NCBI GenBank assembly: GCA_964419945.1
Contig: CAYQRU010000002.1
Coordinates: 23,054-87,053, forward strand
Reading direction: 5' to 3'
DNA length: 64,000 bases
Source: an uncultured Bacteroidales bacterium
Lineage (GTDB): Bacteria; Bacteroidota; Bacteroidia; Bacteroidales; JAAYJT01
The notes beneath the pieces were generated by a model. The model was not told the DNA's origin, searched no databases, and worked only from the letters and a program-made list of their open reading frames with translations. This document shows, piece by piece, positions 9,926 to 19,860 of the stretch (position 1 is the stretch's first letter; every line of letters begins with the position of its first letter). The translations under genes were made by a program, and so were the position numbers.

Positions 9926-10915
9926 TCAAATACCAAAGCGACGGAAATAAAATTTTCCTTTCCGGACTAAATAACCAAGCAGGGGCAGGTTGCCTGAATG
10001 CCTTGAACTCACTAGGATAATACCTGACAGGATCATGAAAATCCACATAAGATAATTGAGGGAAAATTTTTCACCATCCAGTATACCCCACAACACTGCG
10101 ATGAAAGGAATCAAATAGGTCACGGATGAAGCAAAAACCGGATCAGTCATTTTAATCAGCTTGTTGAACAACATCAACGCCAAAGCAGTGCCTCCAATGG
10201 CCAGAATTGCAATATAACCCAGTCCTGTAAGTGCTTGAGAATGAGTGAGTAACTTATGAGTGAAATCCGTAAAACCGGCTAGATATATCAGAACGGGTAG
10301 ACCCAGTAACATGAACGAAAGTGAAACAATACCAATAGAATCAATATCAGCAAGCCACGATTTGATAATGTTCACATTGACTGCATAAAAAATAGTGGCT
10401 ATGATCACATAAACAGCATAGCTGAATCTGAATGAAAATTCGCCACTTCCACTGACTGCAAGCAAACCAATAGCGCCGGTGAGACCTATGATCACACCTG
10501 CAAAGTTGAACCAGCGGATTTTTAATCTGAATCCAATGATGCCTACGATCACTGTAAACAACGGGGTCAGCGAATTCAGAATTCCTGCTACCGAGCTGTC
10601 AATGACTGTCTGTGCTTTGGCAAACAGAAAAGCTGGTATACCGTTTCCAAGAATTCCGGCCAATAGCAACACTAACCATTTTTTGGTTGGAACCTTTTTA
10701 AGCCGCAGGATCGCAAAAGGTAACAGAAACAAGAAACTGATGACAATACGGAGTGCACCTACTTCATCGCTTGTATATACCTGGAGCCCTTTTTTCATGA
10801 GAATGAAAGAACTACCCCAGGTTATACCCAGCAAAGCCAGGGTGAACCAGGAAAAAGTATTTTGATTTTTGGTTTTTTCAGGCATAACCATTGAAAGTTT
10901 GCAAAAATATATCAT
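9926..10915 (-). CDS. EamA/DMT-family transporter (10-TM drug/metabolite permease)
   Basis: Two EamA-like hydrophobic halves are present. The true start may be the downstream ATG at 10885 (MPEKTKNQ). Confidence 0.75.
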   Translation of the reverse strand: MIYFCKLSMVMPEKTKNQNTFSWFTLALLGITWGSSFILMKKGLQVYTSDEVGALRIVISFLFLLPFAILRLKKVPTKKWLVLLLAGILGNGIPAFLFAKAQTVIDSSVAGILNSLTPLFTVIVGIIGFRLKIRWFNFAGVIIGLTGAIGLLAVSGSGEFSFRFSYAVYVIIATIFYAVNVNIIKSWLADIDSIGIVSLSFMLLGLPVLIYLAGFTDFTHKLLTHSQALTGLGYIAILAIGGTALALMLFNKLIKMTDPVFASSVTYLIPFIAVLWGILDGEKFSLNYLMWIFMILSGIILVSSRHSGNLPLLGYLVRKGKFYFRRFGI

Positions 10916-11012
10916 TCATTGGACTGCATCATGCGCAGGAATGATTTACGTAATTTCTTTACAGGTTAAGTGAAATCAGCCGGATTGAAAACAATTGACG
11001 ATTTGGTAGGCT

Positions 11013-12788
11013 TTAGTGGCTAATGCGATCGAAATCTGTGATCCTGCCCACCGGATAAACATTCTTATTCTGATCGCGGTATTCCGACCTGTTATAAAGC
11101 CAGTTGAGCATATTCCATTGATTTTTTGAAAATTCCGGGTCTTTTTGCTTCATCTCATCAAATTCCTGTTTCAGACTCTGATTAGTGTCAAGCATTTGCC
11201 TCGCCATTGGTTCCATCACATAGGTTTCGGCGTATTCTTTCTGTTCAAAAATAGCGTTAAAAAAGCCCCACTGCAGAAACGAATCAATGCTTTTGGGTTC
11301 GAGCATGCGGGCGATCAGACGGGATGCAGGTTGATTCATCGGTATGACTACTGAGCCGGGAGAAAACTCTCGTTTTATCAATATCAAAAATGCTTCCGCA
11401 TTTACAGTCTGCCTTCCTTCGTTGGGTGTATTGCGCCATACGGGATTGTCAAAAAGATATGTTTCAACTTCAATATTCAATGGTGCTACCGTTTCGTACA
11501 TGCTTATTCCATGCAGCCTGACACGTTGGATCACTTCAGTCCATTCGGCAGGAATGATGTATGCTTCAGGTAACATGGCGGTGGCTGTTGGTATATTCTT
11601 ATTAAATAATGGCAATAAATAAGTAACACGGCGTTCGGGATAGTAATGAAACCAGGGACCGCCGGTTAAATCACTGGTGTTGACATCATATTCTACTCCC
11701 TGAAATTCCACTATAACGCTGTCGGTGGTTGAAATCCTGAATCCAAGCGGAAAAGATTCCCGGCGAAACTCGGGCGAGGAAGTGATCTGGTCAGCTTTAG
11801 CAATCAGGTCTCTCAATTCTTTACCCTGCATGTCGAGAATTTTCATAGTGTTTAAAATCATTTCATAGGTGGCTTCCACACGGGTTCTGTAATCTTTAAG
11901 CATGTGTGTTTCAATAAGCAGTCCCGGGCGATTGAGCAAAGCACTGTATCCTTGTGAAAGCATTCCCGGGGCAGCGCCAATCCTCAGACCACTGCGTGGA
12001 TCGTGCCATTGCCGGAAAGTCACATAAGGAAAAATCTGAAATCCGGCTTCCTTCATATTGTGAATGATCGCCGGCTCATATATTTCAGTTTGCCAGCGTG
12101 TCAGGCCTACATCCATATTTCCCAGGGTTTCAAGCATATAGGTTAAAGCGTATTGATAATCAGCACCGTCGGTGGTGTGGCAGTCAATAAAGAAATGGGG
12201 TTTCCATTGATGAAACAGTGTGAGCCACGCCTGCATCTCGGGCGCATCGGCCTTTATGAAATCGCGGTTCAGATTAAGGTTCTGTGCTGTGGTGCGCCAA
12301 CCCATTTCTTTAGGACCGTTTTGATTGATCCGGTTAAAGGGTCCGAAACGTTCATGGCCGTCCACATTGAAGACAGGTATAAACAAAAGTGTAATATCAT
12401 CAAGCAATTCCAGGTACTTCCCATGAATGGCAATGTCACGGATCAGCATCAGGCCGGCGTCTTTCCCGTCAGGTTCGCCCGGATGTATGCAGGCTTCAAC
12501 CAGCAACACAGTTTTGCTGGTTTTATCAAATGAAAAGCGCTGATTTTTGTCAACAATCAGCAAGGGTAATGGTCTGCCCTGCGGGCTGACGCCAAACGTC
12601 GTATAATGTACTATTGGCGAATGTTCGCCGAGGAGTTTGCAATATGCCACTGTTTCCTCATATCGCGGGGTTTCCAGAAAACCTGAACGCTCGTAATGCG
12701 TAAGCCAATCACCTTCCTGCGCTTCTGAAGGGATTACAAATAAAATAAGTATGATAAGATTAAAGACATGTAGGTTCGGGAAGTTCAT
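11013..12788 (-). CDS. M14-family zinc carboxypeptidase with signal peptide
   Basis: A signal peptide is followed by the HPGEPDG zinc-binding motif typical of M14 carboxypeptidases. It overlaps mtnA by 4 nt, so the two are probably co-transcribed. Confidence 0.8.
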   Translation of the reverse strand: MNFPNLHVFNLIILILFVIPSEAQEGDWLTHYERSGFLETPRYEETVAYCKLLGEHSPIVHYTTFGVSPQGRPLPLLIVDKNQRFSFDKTSKTVLLVEACIHPGEPDGKDAGLMLIRDIAIHGKYLELLDDITLLFIPVFNVDGHERFGPFNRINQNGPKEMGWRTTAQNLNLNRDFIKADAPEMQAWLTLFHQWKPHFFIDCHTTDGADYQYALTYMLETLGNMDVGLTRWQTEIYEPAIIHNMKEAGFQIFPYVTFRQWHDPRSGLRIGAAPGMLSQGYSALLNRPGLLIETHMLKDYRTRVEATYEMILNTMKILDMQGKELRDLIAKADQITSSPEFRRESFPLGFRISTTDSVIVEFQGVEYDVNTSDLTGGPWFHYYPERRVTYLLPLFNKNIPTATAMLPEAYIIPAEWTEVIQRVRLHGISMYETVAPLNIEVETYLFDNPVWRNTPNEGRQTVNAEAFLILIKREFSPGSVVIPMNQPASRLIARMLEPKSIDSFLQWGFFNAIFEQKEYAETYVMEPMARQMLDTNQSLKQEFDEMKQKDPEFSKNQWNMLNWLYNRSEYRDQNKNVYPVGRITDFDRISH

Positions 12789-13870
12789 AAACTAAAGCTT
12801 TGATTAAATAATTCTGCAATATCTTTTGCTCCTGGGCTGATAATTCCGCGGCTTGTTATCAGGCCGGTAATCAATGTTGCCGGTGTCACATCGAAGGCAG
12901 GATTCAATGCCTGCGAACCTGGCGATGCAACCCTGATATTCTCGGGTCTTCCATCAGGGGTTAATCCCGGTATAAAAAGAACTTCTCCGGGGTCGCGAAA
13001 CTCAATAGGAATTTCTGTACCCGAAGAAATTGATAAATCGAAAGTGGAAATCGGGACGGCTACATAAAATGGAATGCCAAAATATTTCGCCAGGATTGCT
13101 TTTTCGAGCGTTCCTATTTTATTGGCAATATCACCATTGGCTGCCACACGATCAGCACCTGTGATCACCATTTGGATGTTACCCTGTTGCATCATATATG
13201 CAGCAGCATTGTCGACTACGATTTGATGAGAGATACCCTCGTTTTGAAGTTCCCAGGCAGTCAAACGGGCACCCTGACATCGCGGGCGGGTTTCGTCAAT
13301 AATAACGGTAAAATCTTTGCCTTTTCGTTTGGCTTCATATAACGGTGCAAGCGCACTTCCATAATCAACAAAAGCAAGCCACCCGGCATTGCAATGTGTA
13401 AGAATTTTCATTCCATTTTTAACCAACGATTCACCAGCGATGCCAATGAATTTGCCTTCTTCACTGTTTTCTGCGGCAATCTGATTTGCCTGCCAGACTG
13501 CTTCGCTGGCATTTGAAGAGGCGAACACTCTTTGAGTTGCATAAAAAAGATCGCGGGCAGTTGGACGCGTAGCCTCAATGGCATTCCTGGCCGCTGTCAG
13601 GAATTCTTCATTCGCAGATAAGGGCGACTGAACAAAAGCCTGAGCCATCGCAAATCCTGCTGCAGCTCCGATTGCCCCTGCACCCCTTACCTGCATATGG
13701 CGAATTGCTTCTGCAGTTTCTTCCCAGGTCTTACAGATGAGGATTTCAAATGAAAACGGAAGTTTGTTCTGGTTTATCATGTGAACTGCTCCGTCCTCCC
13801 ACCAAATGGTTAAATAATGTTTCCCGTTAACAATCATGTTTAAAAATGTCTGCATGTAAAACAGCGGCAA
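12785..13870 (-). CDS. mtnA: S-methyl-5-thioribose-1-phosphate isomerase (eIF-2B alpha/beta/delta-like family)
   Basis: GAGAIGAAAGFAMAQA and ITGADRVAANGDIANKIGT match the MtnA/eIF2B family. The true start may be an internal ATG (MQTF or MIVNG). Confidence 0.85.
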   Translation of the reverse strand: MPLFYMQTFLNMIVNGKHYLTIWWEDGAVHMINQNKLPFSFEILICKTWEETAEAIRHMQVRGAGAIGAAAGFAMAQAFVQSPLSANEEFLTAARNAIEATRPTARDLFYATQRVFASSNASEAVWQANQIAAENSEEGKFIGIAGESLVKNGMKILTHCNAGWLAFVDYGSALAPLYEAKRKGKDFTVIIDETRPRCQGARLTAWELQNEGISHQIVVDNAAAYMMQQGNIQMVITGADRVAANGDIANKIGTLEKAILAKYFGIPFYVAVPISTFDLSISSGTEIPIEFRDPGEVLFIPGLTPDGRPENIRVASPGSQALNPAFDVTPATLITGLITSRGIISPGAKDIAELFNQSFSL

Positions 13871-14088
13871 AAATACATAAACAAAAGGTGCTGCTGCGAC
13901 AATGACCAGAAGTCCTGATTATCTGAAACTCATGAAAATGAAGGCAGTTTGAAAAAACCTTACCAAAACATTTAACTCCCTGAAATAGAAACGAATAAAT
14001 AATGTACCCGGTGCGTATTCAGATTGTAACCTCAAACTTGAAGGCTGCGTCATATGGCATTGAAACAAAACATATAAATACAATTACT

Positions 14089-14415
14089 ATGGAAGGAATA
14101 TTTGTCCCCCTTGGAGCTTTTGCAATGGTTGTTGCCATTGTTTACCTGCGGCAGAGAAAATCTGAACGCCTCCTTATGATTGAAAAAGGTGTTGACCCGA
14201 AAATCTTTGAATCGCCTAAATTATCGGCAGTAAATCTTAAATGGGGAATCCTGCTGGTTGGACTGGGCATTGGCCTGATGATTGCCAATGCATTATCCCG
14301 CACAATTTTTTTCAGAAAAGAGGAAGCATATTTTGCTATGCTGTTTCTTTTCGGAGGTATCAGCCTGTTGCTATTTCATTTTATTGACTGGAAAAAGCGA
14401 AAGAATATTGAATGA
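14089..14415 (+). CDS. Small integral membrane protein of unknown function (3 predicted TM helices)
   Basis: Three hydrophobic stretches. The start was chosen at MEGIFVPLGAF rather than the upstream ATG at 14002. Confidence 0.5.
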   Translation: MEGIFVPLGAFAMVVAIVYLRQRKSERLLMIEKGVDPKIFESPKLSAVNLKWGILLVGLGIGLMIANALSRTIFFRKEEAYFAMLFLFGGISLLLFHFIDWKKRKNIE

Positions 14416-14436
14416 TGGCTCATAATGTAAAGAAGT

Positions 14437-14471
14437 CTGTTGCATGGATCCCTGTGCAACAGGTTTTTTTC
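14437..14471 (+). terminator. Rho-independent terminator (CTGTTGCA-loop-TGCAACAG followed by a T-run), lying between convergent genes
   Basis: An 8-bp perfect stem is followed by GTTTTTTTCC, directly after the membrane-protein stop. Confidence 0.65.
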
Positions 14472-14501
14472 CCGGGTTTCTGACTCTGTGATGCTTTTTG
14501 A

Positions 14502-15068
14502 TCAGGAAAAACGGTAAGTGTGGACCGGAATATACATAGGTCCTTCCCGTTGCAGAATACTTTCGTAAAGTATCATTTCCTGCATTCGCTGGCTGCCCGA
14601 ATCATGTGTCCGGAATTCTTCAAGCACCTGCTGAAAGCCTTTACTATCTTTCAGCTCTTTGATCCGGCCAATGGTCAGGTGAGGAATGAAATTCTGACGG
14701 TCGGGATGTATGCCTATTGTTTTGAGTTGTTCACCAACCTTGCTGAACAGGATTTGCAGATGATTTCCGGCTTCGATTCCAAACCAGATAACGCGCGGAT
14801 CGTACCTGCTGCCAAACATACCGGTATTTTTAATTTCAAGGTTGAATTGCGTTGTCGAATCTGCTGCTGTCTGCAAGCATTGATCAATGGCTGGAATCTG
14901 GTGCGTAAAGGTATCGCCAAAGAATTTTATTGTCAGATGCATGTGGGTGGGATTGACCCACGTAATACGTTCATGTTTAAGCGATTGCCTGATCCCGTTG
15001 TAAACCTGTAAAAATGCTCCGGAAGGCTGAATGTTGACTGCTGTGAATAATCGTTTTGTTTCCTGCAT
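14502..15068 (-). CDS. thpR: RNA 2',3'-cyclic phosphodiesterase (2H phosphoesterase / LigT family)
   Basis: Two H-x-T/S-x motifs, HMHLTIKF and HLTIGRI, sit at the spacing typical of the 2H family. Confidence 0.85.
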   Translation of the reverse strand: MQETKRLFTAVNIQPSGAFLQVYNGIRQSLKHERITWVNPTHMHLTIKFFGDTFTHQIPAIDQCLQTAADSTTQFNLEIKNTGMFGSRYDPRVIWFGIEAGNHLQILFSKVGEQLKTIGIHPDRQNFIPHLTIGRIKELKDSKGFQQVLEEFRTHDSGSQRMQEMILYESILQREGPMYIPVHTYRFS

Positions 15069-15268
15069 GTGAAAAAAAGCTGAAAGTAATTGATTTTCAA
15101 TTCTTTGTGTTTATCTTAAAAACTGATGGATGCAATTCTGCTTGATTTTATTTCCTCAGGCTTTATGCAACGGATACTAAAGTTTCTGTATTTTATTTTT
15201 GCCAAAATTCCGGCAAATCTATGAAAGATTATTGTTTACCTTGACAGGATGTCTGTTACAAGAAAAAA

Positions 15269-15298
15269 TTTGTGGGAAAAGAAATTTTTCTACCTTTG
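15269..15298 (+). promoter_or_regulatory. Bacteroidota sigma-A-type promoter for tRNA-Ala (-33 TTTG at 15269-15272, -7 TAccTTTG at 15291-15298)
   Basis: It matches the Bacteroides consensus TTTG...TAnnTTTG with an 18-nt spacer. The predicted transcription start lies about 10 nt before the tRNA 5' end. Confidence 0.55.
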
Positions 15299-15315
15299 TG
15301 CGCTCAAAACAACCC

Positions 15316-15389
15316 GGGGCGTTAGCTCAGTTGGCTAGAGCGTTAGACTGGCAGTCTAAAGGTCAGGGGTTCGACTCCCCTACGCTCCA
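15316..15389 (+). tRNA. tRNA-Ala (anticodon GGC)
   Basis: The acceptor stem GGGGCGT/ACGCTCC carries the Ala identity pair G3:U70. The anticodon loop CTGGCAG gives GGC. T-arm is AGGGGTTCGACTCCCCT. CCA is not encoded. Confidence 0.88.
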
Positions 15390-15507
15390 CAGGAATTTCA
15401 GTACAGGCCTGAGAATAACCTAATTTCAGGCCTTTGTTTTTTATAGACAGTGTCCTTCGTACTTATTGTATTCAGAATGCATAAATTTGCTCCATAAAAT
15501 TATTCTG

Positions 15508-16203
15508 ATGAAGAAAATCGTCGTACTGAGTGGCGCAGGTATCAGTGCGGAAAGCGGTATAAACACTTTCCGGGATGCCGGCGGTTTGTGGGAAAACCAC
15601 CGTATTGAAGAAGTGGCTACCTACGATGCATGGGTTCGCAATTCCGAACTGGTGCTGAAGTTCTATAACCAACGCCGGAAACAGCTTCTTGAAGTTAAGC
15701 CAAATGCAGGCCATTATGCCCTTGTTAAACTCGAAGAAAAGTTTGACGTTCAAATTATTACTCAAAATGTTGACGACCTGCATGAGCGTGCCGGTTCAAA
15801 GAACGTACTTCATCTGCATGGCGAATTAAAAAAGGTGCGCAGTACTGCCGATCCCAACCTGGTGTATGAACTGGACGGATGGGAACTGAAAAAAGGTGAT
15901 GTTTGCGAGAAAGGTTCTCAACTGCGGCCCCACATCGTATGGTTTGGTGAGGCCGTTCCGATGATTGTTCCGGCTGCAGAACTTGCTTCTAAGGCAGATA
16001 TTTTTATCGTGGTGGGAACATCTTTGCTGGTGTATCCTGCTGCCGGACTGATTGATTATGTACCAACACGTTCACCCAAATATCTGATTGACCCGAACGC
16101 AAAAGATATCCGCCACATCAGCAATCTCACTGTGATTGCAGAAAAAGCAGGCACAGGACTGGTGAAACTCGTGGATGATCTGCTTGCCAAAGAAATTAAC
16201 TGA
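15508..16203 (+). CDS. cobB: NAD-dependent protein deacylase (Sir2 family)
   Basis: Carries the GAGISAESGIxTFR NAD-binding motif, the HG catalytic motif (LHLHGEL) and the QNVDDLHERAG motif. Confidence 0.85.
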   Translation: MKKIVVLSGAGISAESGINTFRDAGGLWENHRIEEVATYDAWVRNSELVLKFYNQRRKQLLEVKPNAGHYALVKLEEKFDVQIITQNVDDLHERAGSKNVLHLHGELKKVRSTADPNLVYELDGWELKKGDVCEKGSQLRPHIVWFGEAVPMIVPAAELASKADIFIVVGTSLLVYPAAGLIDYVPTRSPKYLIDPNAKDIRHISNLTVIAEKAGTGLVKLVDDLLAKEIN

Positions 16204-16209
16204 CAGGAA

Positions 16210-16668
16210 ATGAACAGAATCATCAACTTACTACTTTTCAGCAGTTTGTTCTGGATAAGCTGCCAAAAAGATGACAGTAAACAGGATAGTATTGACAGGC
16301 AAAAGATCCTGGATTATATTACTGAGCATAACCTTGAAGCACTTGAAACTTCTTCGGGATTGTTCTATGTAATTGAGAACCCGGGCACAGGCGGAAACCC
16401 CAATGCAAATTCCACTGTGGTGGTACGTTATACCGGCTATTTTCTGGATGGAACCGTTTTCGACAGCAACGAAGGAGAAGAAGCTACACCGTTTAACCTG
16501 CAGAATGTGATACGAGGCTGGCAGGAAGGGATTCCATTCTTTAAAAAGGGGGGCACCGGAAAACTTTTAGTGCCTTCCCGTCTTGCTTATGGTTCAAATT
16601 CAACGTATTATGGGATACCTAATAATTCTGTGCTGATTTTCAATATCCGTTTGATTGATTTTTATTGA
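16210..16668 (+). CDS. FKBP-type peptidyl-prolyl cis-trans isomerase, probably a lipoprotein or periplasmic protein
   Basis: A signal peptide ending ISCQKD is followed by the FKBP domain (VRYTGYFLDGTVFDS, LIFNIRLID). Confidence 0.8.
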   Translation: MNRIINLLLFSSLFWISCQKDDSKQDSIDRQKILDYITEHNLEALETSSGLFYVIENPGTGGNPNANSTVVVRYTGYFLDGTVFDSNEGEEATPFNLQNVIRGWQEGIPFFKKGGTGKLLVPSRLAYGSNSTYYGIPNNSVLIFNIRLIDFY

Positions 16669-16703
16669 AATAGTCGGCAATACTTTGATATCAACAAATC
16701 ACG

Positions 16704-17159
16704 ATGAACAGTCAGGACATACAATATTTCACAGGAAAAGCTAAACGATTTTGTGATGTGCAGGATCGCAGCCGGGAAGAAGTGAAGATCAGGCTTAATG
16801 CATGGGCCTGTCCAACGGATTGGATAACAGCAATAATAAATGACCTTGAAAAGGAAAACTATATTGACGAACAAAGATTTGCCAGTAGTTTTGCCAGGGG
16901 TAAATTCCGTATCAAAGGATGGGGAAAACTTAAGATCATGGCTGCATTGCTTCAGCATAGGATACCGCAGGCCATGATCAAAAAAGCACTGGAGGAAATT
17001 GATGAAAAAGAATACAGAAATACTCTTGCTGATGTATTGGAAAAAAAATGGAGGATTACCGGCGGCGAGTCTCATGCAAGATTGAATAAAACGGCAGCTT
17101 ATGCAGTGGGTAAAGGCTTTGAAGCAGACCTTGTTTTTCAGATGTTGAGAGATAGATGA
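16704..17159 (+). CDS. recX: Regulatory protein RecX
   Basis: Three RecX helical repeats. The ENYIDEQRFASSFARGKF motif is typical of RecX. Confidence 0.8.
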   Translation: MNSQDIQYFTGKAKRFCDVQDRSREEVKIRLNAWACPTDWITAIINDLEKENYIDEQRFASSFARGKFRIKGWGKLKIMAALLQHRIPQAMIKKALEEIDEKEYRNTLADVLEKKWRITGGESHARLNKTAAYAVGKGFEADLVFQMLRDR

Positions 17160-17483
17160 TGGTAAAGATTTACGAATGAATGAATAAATAATAAATTCAA
17201 AGGTGTTTTATGGGCAGAGAATATTTTGGGATCTGAGTTTTGATAGCTTTTTAAGGACCAGATGCTGGGGACGATTACTTCGGGAAGCAATGGCAAATTT
17301 TCCACCTGTACAATTTTAGAAAAACAAAATCTTTACTATTCGAATAACTTTTTCAATCCTGTCCTAACCAGCCCTTATTTTCATGTCGGGGAACTTAATA
17401 GCGATAATTTTTCTGATAATCATCAACTGAAAATAAACTTTTTGAACCTGTAAATAGTTATATATCTGACAAATATTAAAATC

Positions 17484-18573
17484 ATGGTAACAACAGAATT
17501 GATCAAGGACCTTAAATTAAGGCTCGAAGCCTTAAGGAGGTTTCTTTGAAGTAGACAAAAAAAAGCGGCTTATCTCAGAAGAGGAGGCATTGACTCACGT
17601 TTCGGAGTTCTGGAACGATCATAAAAAGGCTGAGCTTGTCCTGAAATCTATAAAAGAAAAGAAAGACTGGGTCAGAGCTTATGAAAAAGCGCAGTCAGCG
17701 TACGATGACCTTGCAGTGTTATGGGAGTTTTACCAGCTTGACGAAGCCACTGAAGAAGAAGTGGAAAAGCAATACAAAGTCGCGCTGAATCTTATTGAAG
17801 ACCTCGAATTCAGGAACATGCTCAGCGGAGAGGAGAACAAGTTCGGAGCCATTGTACAGATCACTTCAGGCGCAGGTGGTACCGAAAGCCAGGATTGGGC
17901 CGAAATGCTGATGCGAATGTACCTTCGATGGGGTGAACGCAGTGGTTATACCACCACGATCCTTGACATGCAGGACGGTGAAACTGCAGGTATCAAATCC
18001 GTTTCTATTGAATTCGAAGGCGATTACGCCTTCGGCTACCTGAAGGGTGAAAACGGGGTTCACCGCCTGGTGAGATTGTCTCCATTCGATTCAAATCACA
18101 AGCGCCATACTTCGTTTGCCTCAGTATATGCATATCCGGTGATTGATGATAATATTGTCATTGAAATCAATCCCGCTGAAATTTCCTGGGACACTTTTCG
18201 CTCAAGTGGACCGGGCGGCCAAAATGTTAATAAAGTTGAAACAGCTGTACGCCTTCGCCATGCCCCCACCGGTATTATTATAGAATGCCAGGAAACGAGA
18301 TCACAACAACAAAACCGGGATAAAGCTCTTCGGATGCTGAAATCCCAGCTTTACGAAATTGAACTGAGAAAAAAGCAGGAAGAGCAGGCAAAAATTGAAA
18401 GCAGTAAAAAATTGATTGAATGGGGTTCTCAAATCAGAAATTATGTGATGCACCCTTATAAAATGGTTAAAGACCTGCGAACAGGTTACGAAACATCAAA
18501 TGTTCAGGCTGTTATGGATGGCGAAATTGAAGATTTTATTAAACGATACCTCATGGAGTTTGGGCGATCTTAA
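17484..18573 (+). CDS. prfB: Peptide chain release factor 2, translated through a programmed +1 ribosomal frameshift
   Basis: The frame-0 ORF ATG17484...CTT TGA17549 encodes [21 protein letters not shown]. The +1 frame from 17548 continues [31 protein letters not shown], which matches the RF2 N-terminus. Downstream motifs [14 protein letters not shown] and [17 protein letters not shown] are RF2 and GGQ motifs. Confidence 0.9.
17534..17549 (+). promoter_or_regulatory. prfB autoregulatory +1 frameshift site (internal SD-like AAGGAGG, 3-nt spacer, slippery CTT, in-frame UGA followed by A)
   Basis: AAGGAGG TTT CTT TGA A is seen directly. It matches the canonical RF2 recoding cassette. Confidence 0.85.
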
Positions 18574-19103
18574 ATCTGGATTACCGGGAGATCTTCTTTT
18601 TTCTCTTCGATCCTTTTTGGGATCCATTCCTTAACCACAGGCCATATACGGGGCACCACCCGGGATAATGGTTTAAATAAAAAGGACTCATTCTTTAATT
18701 CGGTGGTGATGAGTTTACTCTTGACATCCACACTGTTGATAATGAAGATCAGAATCCCAAGATAGAGGGCGGCGCGCATCAGGCCAAACAACAATCCAAG
18801 TAAACGGTTAATTATACCTAATGCTGCCCATTCAGCCACTTTATTAAAGAGTTTACCGATCAGATGAATAAGGATAACGGTAGCCGTAAATGTCATGATA
18901 AAGGAAATAATATGTAAATAGATGCTTGTAAATCCCATATCGTTGCGAAGCCACCCGGCAACAAGTCCCGAAAAATGAACAGAAAACCAGATTCCTGCAA
19001 TAAGTGCCACCAACGAAGTCAGGGATAAAATCAATCCTTTTGAAAATCCCCTGTAGGCCAGCCAAATGACAGGGATTAGGAATATTATGTCTAAAACACA
19101 CAT
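18570..19103 (-). CDS. cvpA: CvpA-family membrane protein (colicin V production protein homologue)
   Basis: Four TM segments and an N-terminus [25 protein letters not shown] typical of CvpA. Confidence 0.75.
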   Translation of the reverse strand: MCVLDIIFLIPVIWLAYRGFSKGLILSLTSLVALIAGIWFSVHFSGLVAGWLRNDMGFTSIYLHIISFIMTFTATVILIHLIGKLFNKVAEWAALGIINRLLGLLFGLMRAALYLGILIFIINSVDVKSKLITTELKNESFLFKPLSRVVPRIWPVVKEWIPKRIEEKKEDLPVIQI

Positions 19104-19113
19104 AAGCAGGATT

Positions 19114-19860
19114 TTAATGCCTGAGGCGTTTTGTCAATTGTGAAGCAAAAACAAAGTTGTTGAGTTCTTCATTGTCGCTGTTGAGTACTCCTTCACGGGT
19201 GCCTTCCCACCAAAGCTTACCCTGATGAATAAAACATACTTTATCGCCAATTTCCATTACTGAATTCATGTCGTGGGTGTTGATCACTGTTGTGGTTTCG
19301 AATTCCCGTGTGATTTCACTGATGAGTTTATCAATCACATTTGAAGTTATGGGATCCAAACCCGAATTGGGTTCATCGCAGAACAAATATCTTGGATTCA
19401 TAGAAATGGCACGTGCAATGGCTACCCGCTTTTTCATACCTCCGCTTAACTCGGCAGGATAAAGGCGGTTAATATTTCCGAGGTTTACTCTTTGCAGGCA
19501 GAAATTAGCGCGTTCAATCTTTTCATCACGTGATAATTGGGTGAACATGGAAAGTGGAAACATCACATTTTCTTCCACTGTCATTGAATCGAACAAGGCA
19601 CTTCCCTGAAACAGCATACCAATTTCACGCCGTATTTCATTGACTACCCCGGAAGACATCCCTGAAAAAAGTCTTCCATCGAATTCAACACTTCCATTAT
19701 CAGGTTTGATAAGACCAACAAGGCATTTCATCAACACGGTCTTTCCCGAACCACTCGTACCGATGATCAGGTTGGTTTTACCCCTCTCGAGGCAAACAGA
19801 AATATCGTCCAGTACCTGGTGGTCACCGAATTTCTTTGAAATATGCTCAGCCGTGATCAT
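19114..19860 (-). CDS. ABC transporter ATP-binding protein, MlaF-like
   Basis: Walker A GTSGSGKT, ABC signature LSGGMKKRVAIARA, and Walker B LFCDEP. Confidence 0.85.
   Translation of the reverse strand: MITAEHISKKFGDHQVLDDISVCLERGKTNLIIGTSGSGKTVLMKCLVGLIKPDNGSVEFDGRLFSGMSSGVVNEIRREIGMLFQGSALFDSMTVEENVMFPLSMFTQLSRDEKIERANFCLQRVNLGNINRLYPAELSGGMKKRVAIARAISMNPRYLFCDEPNSGLDPITSNVIDKLISEITREFETTTVINTHDMNSVMEIGDKVCFIHQGKLWWEGTREGVLNSDNEELNNFVFASQLTKRLRH

Noticed and set aside
17590-18573. TTG-initiated RF2 ORF as given by the ORF track
   Set aside because: It is superseded by the frameshifted prfB model starting at 17484. The TTG is simply the first possible start in the +1 frame.
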